This document shows, piece by piece, positions 1-10,202 of a stretch of DNA of 64,000 nucleotides (positions are counted from its first letter, which is position 1; the number at the start of each line of letters is the position of its first letter). The translations under genes were made by a program, and so were the position numbers. The notes under the pieces were generated by a model. The model did not search any database and was not told the origin of the DNA. It saw nothing but the letters and a program-made list of their open reading frames with translations. This stretch comes from Octopus vulgaris (Eukaryota), in the NCBI GenBank assembly GCA_951406725.2, contig OX597818.1, forward strand, positions 558,001 through 622,000. The letters are read 5' to 3'.

Positions 1-1014
1 ACCAATCCCTTATCTGGGAATCGATGCAGAAACTGGAGATTGACGAATGGTTAATAAGGGCTGTACAGGCCCTATACAGAGAGGCCATTAGTAAGGTTAG
101 GATTGGCAATGAGTATAATGAAGAATTCCAGGTAGAAGTAGGTGGGGGTGGATGCTCAGAGAGTGTTACCACTAGAATAAGAATAGCCTGGGCAAAGTTT
201 AGAAAGCTTCTACTCCTACTGGTGACAAAGGGTCTCTCGCTCAGAGTGAAAGGTAGATTGTACGACGCATGTGTGCGAACTGCCAAGCTTCACGGCAGTG
301 AAACATGGGCTGTGACTGCAGGGGACATGCATAGGCTTGAAAGAAATGAAGCTAGCATGATCTGCTGGATGTGTAATGTCAGTGTGCATACACGACAGAG
401 TTGTAAGCGCCCTGAGAGAAGTGTTGGATATATGAAGCATCAGATGTGGCGTGCAAGAGAGACGTTGCACTGGTATGGTCATGTATATGGATGGATGAAG
501 TGTGATGAAGTGCAACTCCCAAACAGTTGAAGGAATCCGGGGTAGAGGTAGACCCAGGAAGACATGAGATGAGATGATGAAAGACCGAGACCTTTGGAGA
601 TATGCTGTGACTGAGAAGACCCGACAAATAAAGTGAGTTCACAGCTGTATCTTACACCAGTTTCGCATAACCAGCCTCAGCCCATTCAAAAGTACTTTGG
701 ATGGTAGAGCAACCTGCTCTGCTTTGATCGTAGGGTGACCTGCTGTGCTGGAGGGGACCCAATGAGTCAAGTACATCAACATCAAAATAAAAATCAAATG
801 GAAATTGTAGTTGTGATACCCATGCCGATGGCATGTAAAAAGCACCCACTACACTCACAGAGTGGTTGGCATTAGGAATGGCATCAAGCTGTAGAAACAC
901 TACCAGATCAGACTGGATCCTGGTGCAGCCTCCTGACTTCCCAGACCCCAGTCAAACCATCCAACTCATGCTAGCATGGAAAACGGACGTTAAACAATGA
1001 TGATGATGATGATG

Positions 1015-1016
<2 letters not shown>
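1..1016 (+). mobile_element. RTE-clade LINE 3' fragment, internally deleted, with 3'UTR and (GAT)n tail
   Basis: The translation (KLEIDEWLIRAV...LVTKGLSLRVKGRLYDACVRTAKLHGSETW) matches the C-terminal part of the RTE ORF at 46935-48908. It ends with the shared 3' terminus ...CATGCTAGCATGGAAAACGGACGTTAAAC-(GAT)n. Confidence 0.92.
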
Positions 1017-1050
<34 letters not shown>

Positions 1051-2269
1051 CCAATTAATACATAAAGTTATAGATAGGTAGGGCTGTTGCAAGCGTGTAG
1101 AAGTTTCAATGTTAATCCTCTGGTCATTCAGTATCTGCCCAGGTTACATCTTCAGGCTACTCAGGGTGCCACTGTGTGACTGTTAAACCTGAAATAGCAG
1201 ACAATCCCACCCCCCTTCAAAATCTCAATCTACTGAATTATAAAAATGTAATGACAATGTAGTCTTGCATACACTTAAAAAAGACATGGTAGTCATAGCA
1301 ATGTCTTTATTCAGGAGTTTGCTTAATGCAAGACTAAGAGAGTGCAGAGATGGTAGGGTTATCAATAATATCCCTTCTCTCTGTTACCCATCATCACTTT
1401 AAGTGATCTCCTCCCCCATCCAGAATATCAGTAATAAAACTTTTTTTCTTACATATCTCCATTCTCTCACCCTCTACTTGTCTTTCACTTATCTATACCT
1501 CTTAACCATCTATACCACTCTCTTTTTCTCTCTCTGTCTTGTCTCCCTTACCCTCTGCCCTCTCTCTCTGTTATTCTCCCCCCTCATCCATCTATCCATA
1601 CACTAACCAGGTCAAGAAAACAACAAAAATATATTCACATCAAAACAAAAACTCCAATTTTTTTTGTATTGGTATTTTGGCAAGAAAATAAGAAACCTTA
1701 ATAAAGACAGAAGAGGGAGACCTTTCTAGAGCCCTTAAGACATTGGAGGAGAAGATAAGATTAAATATAAATATCAAAGCAAGATGGGGAGGAGTAAACC
1801 CTTAAGGACCAGAAGAAAAAAAACTAAAAGAAAAAAAAAGCAAGATTAAACTAACAAAGTTGGCAGTTGGAGGGAAGGGTATTCTTAATTAGGTGTTGTA
1901 AGGAAACTGATGTTGTAAGTAACACACACAAACAAAATTTGTCTAAGGGTGGTATTGCTATATATCTTCTGTCCATAAAACTCCACAACTTTGGTACTTC
2001 TGAAATAAAGAGATTAGGGAACAAAAAAATACCTGGTTCCAGGGCTATGTCAGCACATATTGATATGGTAAATTTGTTTTCTTTCTATAACACCCAACCT
2101 AAGGTTCTGTTAATCCTATATTATATGTCAATAACCTAATCCCACAAGACGGTGTAGTTTAAGGCCCAATTGATAAAGTATAAAATAGGGTTTAAGATAG
2201 GGAAGAATGTAGGGAATTCAAATGTTTAATTGGGTTTTCATTTCTACGCAGGGTCTGTAGGAACCTTGT

Positions 2270-2460
2270 GATGAGTATTCAAAATGCTAGAAATAGCAGT
2301 CAAATCACCTTCAAATCATAGGCCACCATCTTTTAAAAGAGTGGTTACATTGGATTTTGTATTCCTAGACACCACTAAAAATGGGATGGCTGTTGCTAGA
2401 ATGTTTTTGACCGTAAGTCTGGTGGATCTAAGCTTGACCTAGGGCAAATCAACAAAAAGC
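2270..2460 (+). repeat. Old dispersed repeat family of unknown class, core CCTGCTAGAAATAGCAGCCAAATC
   Basis: Similar diverged segments occur at ~1180-1340, ~3545-3725, ~10425-10455 and ~15970-16085, and on the minus strand at ~33735-33875 (duplicated at ~42855-42995). Confidence 0.6.
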
Positions 2461-2530
2461 ATTTTAAAACAACCAAATATCACTGAACTCTCTTATAACA
2501 ATAAGGGATAATCTAGCGGCAGTAAACAGG

Positions 2531-2597
2531 TTAGAGATATCCACTTCTTCGATTGAGTGCAAATCCCTTCCAAGTAACATTACCATTTATCTGGTTC
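2531..2597 (-). CDS. Candidate terminal coding exon of an unidentified host gene: (W)NQINGNVTWKGFALNRRSGYL*
   Basis: Minus-strand pyrimidine tract GTTTTGTTTTGTCTCTTTTC...TTATAG|G. The phase-2 start completes the TG left by the 5920-6014 exon to give Trp, and the frame runs to TAA at 2531-2533. Confidence 0.45.
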
Positions 2598-3153
2598 CTA
2601 TAACTCAAAGGTAATTGAAAAGAGACAAAACAAAACTTTTTATCCAAACACCTATTTTCATACAAATTTATTTCAACTGTAAACTTGATATAGAGACAGA
2701 AAAAATCTATTTTATATTTCATTGAATCAAATATAATCTAAAAAGACTGTAATTGCATTTAATCACTTTAGTAAGAGGTTTCAGTGATTTAACTATATTT
2801 TAATGAATAAAGTTAATTGTATATAATCAATAAAAACATTTTTGTTGATGCAAAATGCAGGCTATTTCAGAAGGTTACATTTAAGGCCTGGGTTTCCTGT
2901 CCCTCAGCTAATCTTTTGACAACTTGGACATCATTAAGTTTACATCTTGTTTCAGTAATTATGCTGTGCTCTCAAAACAAAATACAATACTTGCTTCAAT
3001 CCACTAATTAGAAATGGGAAAGATAACCATTTCTAAAACTTAACTTTCACTATATGCAGATATCCAAATATTTAAAACAAAAATTTTGTGTACCATTGTC
3101 CCACCCATGCCAGCATGGAAGGTGGACGTTAAACGATAATAAATAAATAATTA

Positions 3154-3385
3154 AGGCAGTGAGCTGGCAGAACCGTTAGCACGACGGGCGAAATGCATAG
3201 CCATATTTCGTCTGCCGTTATGTTCTGAGTTCAAATTCCGCCGAGGTCGACTTTGCCTTTCATCCTTTCAGGGTCGATAAATTAAGTACCAGTTACACAC
3301 TGGGGATCGATATAATCGACTTAATCCGTTTGTCTGTCCTTGTTTGTCCCCTCTATATTTAGCCCCTTGTGGGTAATAAAGAAAC
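3154..3385 (+). mobile_element. tRNA-derived SINE, family A, well-preserved copy
   Basis: A-box-like TGGCAGAACCGTTAG and B-box GAGTTCAAATTCC, followed by the central domain GCCTTTCATCCTTTCAGGGTCGATAAATTAAGTACCAG (resembles the Meta-type SINE domain, from recall). Many relatives in the window. Confidence 0.88.
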
Positions 3386-3956
3386 AGATAATAAATAATG
3401 ATGATATGTGCACTCAATAATAACAACGGTGAGACAGTAGACTATGAACAATGGTCAAGGATTCAAGTCTTGATAGAGTCATTGTATTGCAGCATCTCAG
3501 AACAACACATAACTCTGTTTTGTTTGACAAGGGAACTTTTTCATGATACTCAACCTGCTAGAAATAGCAACCAAGTATTTTTCAAATAACATTCTCACAT
3601 TTTGCAAAATAAGACACATTGAATACTGAATTCCTAGAAATTCTTAAAAGGACATGATGTTGCTGACTGGAACATTTGACTACAGATCAGTTGAATCAGA
3701 GTTAACTTGTGGGTAAACAACAACATAATTCTGCCTGGGATGATCACCGATTCCTCTTCTTCCAGTTCACAACTTAATGGTAGAAATTATAAACTACAGT
3801 AAAAAAAATTAATATAAAAGTAATAAAAAAAACTAGCTCCAATAGTGAAATGTCAACTTTAGTAAAACTGAAAATTTTCCCACATGATAGAAGACATGGA
3901 GTAAAAGAACATGTTAACATAGTAATATCAAGTCTTTCATTTTACCTCCAATCATT

Positions 3957-4168
3957 TTTAGCCCTTTTGTTCAAATTTCTCTTGAAATATATTGCCTTTG
4001 TTTCAATTGATTTCGAAAATAATGATGTATTTAGTAAAATAAATTTGTAATTTTTAAACTGATCAATGAAACGTAAGTTAACATGGAATTTTAATGGGAG
4101 TTTTTAAAACAGCAACTTTATATCAGAGAACCAGGGAGGTCATAGCAAGTTGGTGTCAAAAGCATCAA
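3957..4168. mobile_element. Degenerate piggyBac-like MITE
   Basis: Ends TTAGCCCTTTTG... and ...GTCAAAAGCATCAA resemble TTAA-CCCTTT...AAAGGG-TTAA. Related sequence lies at ~11030-11172 (-) and ~11940-12146, the latter ending AAAAGGATTAA. Confidence 0.4.
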
Positions 4169-4407
4169 ACAGGAAGAAAATAAATATATGACAATAAAAG
4201 TTTCACCTCTTTCAAACAATAACTAGTTTTGTTTTTATATCAATTTCACCTTGGCAAAGACTTTGAGAGAGACCAACTCCAAATGATAATTTCTATTTCA
4301 GAAATTCCTGAAACCACATGCTATTTCCTAAAGCAAATTTTAATTGATAGAAATAATGAACCAATTCTTTCAGTACCCTCCCAAATAGTAATTTCCATAA
4401 TTAAGCA

Positions 4408-4678
4408 TCGCCTGGCCCCGTGCCGGTGACACGTAAAAGCACCATCCGTTCGTGGCCGTTCGCCAGCTCTGTCTGGCACCTGTGCAGGTGGCACGTAAAA
4501 AACACCCACTACACTCGCGGAGTGGTTGGCGTTAGGAAGGGCATCCAGCCGTAGAAACACTGCCAGATCTGACTGGGCCTGACGAAGCCTTCCAGCTTCA
4601 CAGACCCCAGTTGACCCGTCCAACCCATGCTAGCATGGAAAACGGACGCTAAACGATGATGATGATGATGATGATGAT
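4408..4678 (+). mobile_element. 5'-truncated RTE 3'UTR fragment with (GAT)n tail
   Basis: Closely matches 49400-49700 (GGCACGTAAAAA..CACCCACTACACTCGCGGAGTGGTTGGCGTTAGGAAGGGCATCCAGC). Confidence 0.9.
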
Positions 4679-5504
4679 GCTACTGTGGATATGTGAATAT
4701 GACAACTGTCTCTTAAAACAGCAATATTTCTGCAAAAGAATGTATAATTATAAATTCCTAATTATATTTTGCTGTTTCTTATATAAATGACTTTTTTCTT
4801 CATGATAAGATGTATTTTTATTCCTCACTCCTAATAAAAAGTGTCATACACTTCCTGCTGCTTCACATTGCTATTCAGAATCATCCACAACTAACTTACA
4901 ATCTCCTTTCAGAAATATACTTTTAGATATCACTCATTAAATTGTATAATCACCAAGCCCAGGAGCATGTGTTAAACATGATGGCCTTTGTGGACTGGGT
5001 AGAAGTATAAACTAGATCTTTGTTGCCAGATAATTATTCCTAAAAAGCCTACTCAGAATGTAGGGCAAAGTAAATGGATAAAGGGGTCAATATATATTAT
5101 TAAATCAACTTTGTTGGCAAAGTTCAAAAGCATAATTTGTGTACAGGAATTTGTAGAAAAACTTCATCCACATTGTGTGAGTGTATGTGTGTGTGTTATG
5201 TTTTAAAAAAAAAAACCTTTGAGCAATACAGGTAAGAAGTTACACAAAATATGTAAGGTGATATCAAAAACAAAGAGAAAAAATATTGTATTAGCTTACA
5301 TAGATTGTTTAATGTTTCAACATCTTAGAAAAGATGTTCCTTATCAAATATAAATAAACTAATCCTGGACAGCCACTGACAACACCTTTCTCCTAACCCT
5401 TGGATAATTTTCTTTCTTATATTTGATAAGTGGAATCTCTAAAAATATTATAAGATCATTAAACAACTTATGTAAGGTAATACATTTTCTCTTTGTTTTC
5501 ATTA

Positions 5505-5680
5505 GACAGATGTATGGATGAATAGATGGGTAGAGAATAGAAGATGGATGGATGGACAGAAAAGATGGGTGGATAGACTGAGTAGATGGGTGGATAGACT
5601 GAGTAGATGGGAGGATAGACTGAGTAGATGGGAGGATAGACTGAGTAGATAGATGATAGGTAGAGAGGATGGATGGATTG
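5505..5680. repeat. GATG/GATA-rich tract with a 21-bp minisatellite (GATGGGWGGATAGACTGAGTA, ~4 copies)
   Basis: Direct tandem units are visible at ~5565-5650. Confidence 0.85.
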
Positions 5681-5919
5681 GTTTAGGTAGATTATTAACA
5701 TAACATAGCCCAATTAAGTAAAAATCCTAAGATTAAGAACAGAGATAGAAATTTTCAAAATGAATACATAGTTTTTGAGGAAAAAAAAAACAATGTATTA
5801 GTTGCAAAACCCTTCAACATTGTTCATAACATTAGGACAAACACATACATATATTTGAAAAGTTATATCAACTCAGTATGTATAGACAAAGTGAAGAGGA
5901 AATAAGCAACATCTCTTAC

Positions 5920-6014
5920 CATATGGACTCATAAGCTTCTTTTTCATTGGTTGAGATAATAAGATCCCTAAGGTGGGCTGATTTGACTCTTTGAAACCAG
6001 TGGTAATCACAACT
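5920..6014 (-). CDS. Candidate internal coding exon: SCDYHWFQRVKSAHLRDLIISTNEKEAYESI(W)
   Basis: Acceptor TGTTTTTCGTTAG| and donor ATG|GTAAGA. The 95-bp exon is open (phase 0 in, phase 2 out), lies in non-repetitive sequence and joins in frame with both neighbouring candidates. Confidence 0.55.
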
Positions 6015-6294
6015 CTAACGAAAAACATTTTACAAAATATATGAAGCTGAGGTGGAATGGGCAATCTAAATACTGCCGTGAGTTGGAAGCAGCCTGTAGG
6101 ACATATATTCAACCTCTCTGACTAACAGTTCCAGACCTATGAGTCATGACCCAAAATATACTGCAGTATAATTCTAAATGGGTCATGAAGAAAAAATCTT
6201 TTACATTTGAAATATCCATAAATATGTTGAGGGTTACATCACATCATTTATATAATGTAGCAGTTATTTTAGTTAATACATTCAAATTGCTACT

Positions 6295-6597
6295 GAAAGA
6301 GCTGAAGAGGGAAATCAGGAAACTATGGAGAATCAAAACTTAGAAGTAGTACTGATTGTGGTTGGTACACTGGGAGCAGTTAATAAAAGGTTGGGTGCCT
6401 GACTTGAGAAGCTAGGAATTACCATCAGGACAGGAGTGTTGCAGAAAACAACCTTGTTAGGAACAGGAAGGATTCTAAGAAGGGTGTTAGAAAGTTGAAA
6501 GAGAAGGAATGACCCAAAGGACCTTTGAACATTGGATATGGCTCGCTCATTTGGTACAGTGTCAGTATTAATATCTGCTAGAACAAAAGTGTTGTGG

Positions 6598-6625
<28 letters not shown>
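6295..6625 (+). mobile_element. R4/Dong-like (restriction-like endonuclease) non-LTR retrotransposon 3' end with (TAA)n tail
   Basis: Disrupted translation LKREIRKLWRI/EVVLIVVGTLGAV...LQKTTLLGTGRILRRVLES*, typical of RLE-clade C-termini. A short UTR follows, then (TAA)n. Confidence 0.8.
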
Positions 6626-6628
<3 letters not shown>

Positions 6629-6631
6629 TAA

Positions 6632-7068
6632 TTTCTACTATAGGCACAAGGCCTGAAATTCTGGGGGAGGGGACTAGTCAATTACATCAACCCCAGTGTT
6701 TCACTGGTACTTAATTTATTGACCCTGAAAGGATGAAAGGTAAAGTTGACCTTGGCAGAATATGAACTCAGAATGTAAAGACGGATGAAATGCTGAAGCA
6801 TTTTGTCTGGTATACTAACAATTCTGCCAGCTTGCTGCCTTAATAATAATAATAATCTTTTCTACTATGGGTACAAGGCCTGAAATTTTGGGGGAGGGGG
6901 CTAATTGATTACATCAACTCCAATGTGTAACTGGTACTTATTTCATCGACCCCCAAAAGGATGAAAGGCAAAGTCAACCTTGGTAGAATTTGAACTCAGA
7001 ACATAAAGACAGGCAAAATACTGCTGAACATTTTGCCCAGCATGCTAAATTTTTGCACACTTGCAGCC

Positions 7069-7115
<47 letters not shown>

Positions 7116-7315
7116 CCTTTATACTAAAAGCACAAAGCCTGAAATCAGTGGGGAGGGAACTAGTTGATTACATTGACCCCAATGATTCACCGTTACTTAA
7201 TTTATCAAGCCCAAAAGTATGAAAGGCAAAGTCAATCTCAGCAGAATTTGAACTCAGAATGTAGCAACGAGTGAAATACTGCTAAGCATTTCGTCCAGCG
7301 TACTAATGATTCTGC
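6632..7315 (-). mobile_element. Tandem array of three family-A SINEs separated by (TAA)n; the third copy is split by a DNA transposon and its head resumes at 8661-8683
   Basis: Three diverged repeats start CTTTCTACTATAGGCACAAGGCCTGAAAT at ~6632, ~6857 and ~7116, each containing the reverse B-box GAATTTGAACTCAGAA. Confidence 0.88.
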
Positions 7316-8660
7316 GGATCTTTTCAATTCTGAAGCCAGGACCACAGATCTTTCTACTTAACTAAATAATCTGAAACTTCGTATGCTGATAGAGTCTAGC
7401 AAAACAAGACACAGGTTGGAACTAGTTTATTTGAGAAAAATCTATTTTATGACTTTAATCGTAGATTAAAACTGCGAATTTTAACCAATCAGATTGTTTG
7501 TTTTCATGTGTAAAACTTGACTGCATTCTATTAGTGTGACGTAGAAAGCGCTTTTGTGACGTACTAACGTTCGGAAAACTGTAAACAAACACAGAACGTA
7601 ACGGCAGACGAAATACGGCTACGCATTTCGCCCGGCGTGCTAACGTTTCTGCCAGCTCTTTGCTTTTTTAATATTAAATTTCGGCGAAGTTTCGCTTGTC
7701 GTAGCACAAGTTTTCCGTCGATTTCCGTAAAAAACTTTTATTTTTTTACATTAGTAATGAGAGCGAAAGAGACTAAGAGGAAGCGATTTTATGACGAGGG
7801 AAGTTTGTCTTTGAAGTTACCGTCTAGGGGAAGCATTGATGTACATGTGTGTGTGTGTTTGATGGGGTGTGGGAGACAGTATGTTGTGTAAGTGAAGTGC
7901 TTCTGTTAGTGTGTGTGAAGAGACAGAGAGAGTAATGTGTGAAAGAGAGAGATAACTGAAATTTTTTACTCGGTGTATGTGTATATGTATGTCTGCATGT
8001 ATGTGTGTATGTATGTGTAAGTATGTATCTATGTATGTATGGCCGATTCATCGTAATTACGATGAATCGGCCATACATACATAGATACACACACACATAT
8101 ACATACATACACACACACACATACATGCAGACATACATATACACATACACCGAGTAAAAAATTTCAGTTATCTCTCTCTTTCACACATTACTCTCTCTGT
8201 CTCTTCACACACACTAACAGAAGCACTTCACTTACACAACATACTGTCTCCCACACCCCATCAAACACACACACACATGTACATCAATGCTTCCCCTAGA
8301 CGGTAACTTCAAAGACAAACTTCCCTCGTCATAAAATCGCTTCCTCTTAGTCTCTTTCGCTCTTATTACTTATGTAAAAATAAAACGAAAGCAAGTACTA
8401 ACTTGTTTACATTTAAGATGTTTAATACGTCACGAAATTGGTGGTCGAGACGGAGTAAATAAAATAAAGCCGAATGACGGAATATCATTGGTTAAAATTC
8501 TAATTATTAAACAACGTTAAACTTAGAAGTTACAATTCCGTTTTCATTCTGGTTTACAATTAAGTTTACTTTTGACACATTCTACCAGTATACGAAGTTT
8601 CAAATTGTTTGGTTCAGTAGGAAAAATTTGAAAAAACTGGCTTCAGAATAGAAAAGATCC
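7316..8660. mobile_element. Non-autonomous TIR DNA transposon (Mutator-like or Merlin-like) with a large internal palindrome
   Basis: Terminal 24-bp inverted repeats GGATCTTTTCAATTCTGAAGCCAG / CTGGCTTCAGAATAGAAAAGATCC (1 mismatch), with degenerate symmetry continuing ~270 bp. Exact 8-bp TSD GATTCTGC at 7308-7315 and 8661-8668; removing the element restores the SINE. Confidence 0.93.
7743..8380. repeat. Near-perfect spacerless palindrome with ~315-325 bp arms
   Basis: Centre GGCCGATTCATCGTAA|TTACGATGAATCGGCC at 8056/8057. The arms are reverse complements except in the (TG/TATG)n tract and a few outer bases. Confidence 0.97.
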
Positions 8661-8708
8661 GATTCTGCCAGCTCACTGCTTTAAAAATAATAATAATAAT
8701 AATAACAG

Positions 8709-8860
8709 CTTCTAATTCTGGCACAATGACAGTGATTTTGAAGGGAATGAATTACTTGATGCCATCAACCCCAGTACTTGACTGATATTTTATTTTATCA
8801 ACGCTGGAAGGTAGAATGACAAAGTTAACCTTGAAGGTATTTGAACGCAGAACATAAAGC
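8709..8860 (-). mobile_element. Degraded family-A SINE
   Basis: CCCCAGTACTTGACTGATATTTTATTTTATCAAC...GAAGGTATTTGAACGCAGAAC matches the family-A reverse strand. Confidence 0.7.
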
Positions 8861-9055
8861 ACAGGATTTCAAGAGTTAGTAGTTGCCACTGTAACTACCA
8901 CTGCTCCTCTGTAACCATCACCATGACTTTTCTCTCTCTGCTTCTCTATTAATATTTCAACATAAAACTGTATACATTGTACGAGTAGTAAGAGTAGTGA
9001 AGAAAATGTAAGATGCCAGTGATAAAGCTGTCAGTCACCATATATCATCATTTAC

Positions 9056-9154
9056 TGTGGTACAGTAATATAAAACTAAATCCACTTGAAAAAATATTTC
9101 AGAAGATATTTTAATACACTCCTTCCAGACTAAAGAGCATTTCTCTTCTTCAAT
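9056..9154 (-). CDS. Candidate internal coding exon: IEEEKCSLVWKECIKISSEIFFQVDLVLYYCTT
   Basis: Strong T-rich tract ending TTTAAG|, then a 99-bp open frame. The donor ACA|GTAAAT (phase 0) fits the 5920-6014 exon; an alternative donor ATG|GTGACT at 9039 (phase 2) fits the 2597 exon. Both donors are weak. Confidence 0.4.
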
Positions 9155-9486
9155 CTTAAAAAAAAATAAAGAATTCTGATGTGTGTGTGTGTATGTATGT
9201 ACTGTGTGTGTGTGCAAATATATATTGGTGTGCATGTATATGTGTGCTGTGTATGTATTGTTGTATATGTGGATGCCTATGTATATGGTGTGTGAGATAA
9301 TGTGTGTACACCCTGGTTTTAAATCTATGTTTTGATATCAGCATAGGCTGGACAGATCTTCCTGTATCAGATCATCCTGGTTCATTCTTTTGTTTCCAAT
9401 ATTACTGTTTTCTTTGAGAATATCTGGCTAGAGTGTTTTTAGCACTTTGTACTGTCTCCATTGTTAATATTACTGCACCAGAATAA

Positions 9487-9875
9487 GGCAACAAGCTGGT
9501 AGAATTGTTGGCATGCTGACAAAATGCTTAGTGGCATTTTGTCCACCTTTATGTTCTGAGTTCAAACTGACTTTGCCTTTCATCTTTCAGGGTCAATAAA
9601 ATAAGTACCAGTTGAACACCAGGGTTGATGTAATTGACTTAAGCCCTCCCCAAAATTGCTGACCTTGAGCCAAAATTTGAAAGCTGGCAGAATCATTAAC
9701 ATGCCAGGCAAAATGCTTAGCAGCATTTCATCCACCTACACAATCTGAGTTCAAATTCTGCTAAGGTTGATTTTGCCTTTCAACCTTTTAGGGTTGATAA
9801 AATAAATACCAGTTCAACACTAGGGCTGATGTAATTGACTTGAGATTGCTGATCTTGTGCCAAACATTGAACCAA
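9487..9875 (+). mobile_element. Two tandem family-A SINEs
   Basis: Two units of GCTGGCAGAAT...GAGTTCAAA...GCCTTTCA.C...GGGT.GATAAAATAA.TACCAG. Confidence 0.85.
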
Positions 9876-10097
9876 TATTACTATGCCAGAATGGACCAGG
9901 TATGTTTATGATGAAACCAAAACTAGAACTACCTTTACAGTGTTTTCACTGTCTCCTCAAAGCTACAGACTCTATAAGCAAATTAATCACACACCAACAC
10001 AAAATTAGTGCACCCAGGAAATTAGAGATTAGCCTATCGAATACAAATTTCTAAGGGGCTTTTTAACGGCAGTTTTATGATTATAAAAACAGTAGTC

Positions 10098-10202
10098 TGT
10101 GGCAGGGAATATTTCTTGATCCCTATTCCTAACAGAACTGAGACATCATCATCATGTCGCATTTCTGTTAGGGATAGGGATCAAGGAATATTCCCTGCCA
10201 CA
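10098..10202. repeat. 105-bp hairpin (MITE-like) with TGT...ACA ends
   Basis: TGTGGCAGGGAATATTTCTTGATCCCTATTCCTAACAGAA pairs with TTCTGTTAGGGATAGGGATCAAGGAATATTCCCTGCCACA. Confidence 0.9.

Noticed and set aside
3154-3245. tRNA gene
   Set aside because: A and B boxes are present, but the sequence continues into a SINE body found in many diverged copies and no canonical cloverleaf is evident.
7637-8150. ORFs inside the palindromic transposon
   Set aside because: Short, microsatellite-derived and without transposase motifs.
5920-9154. Resemblance of IFFQ...LYYCTTSCDYHW to the RPB9/TFIIS zinc ribbon, or of the upstream exons to a C2 domain
   Set aside because: Only a few residues match and the spacing and context disagree; not enough to name the gene.
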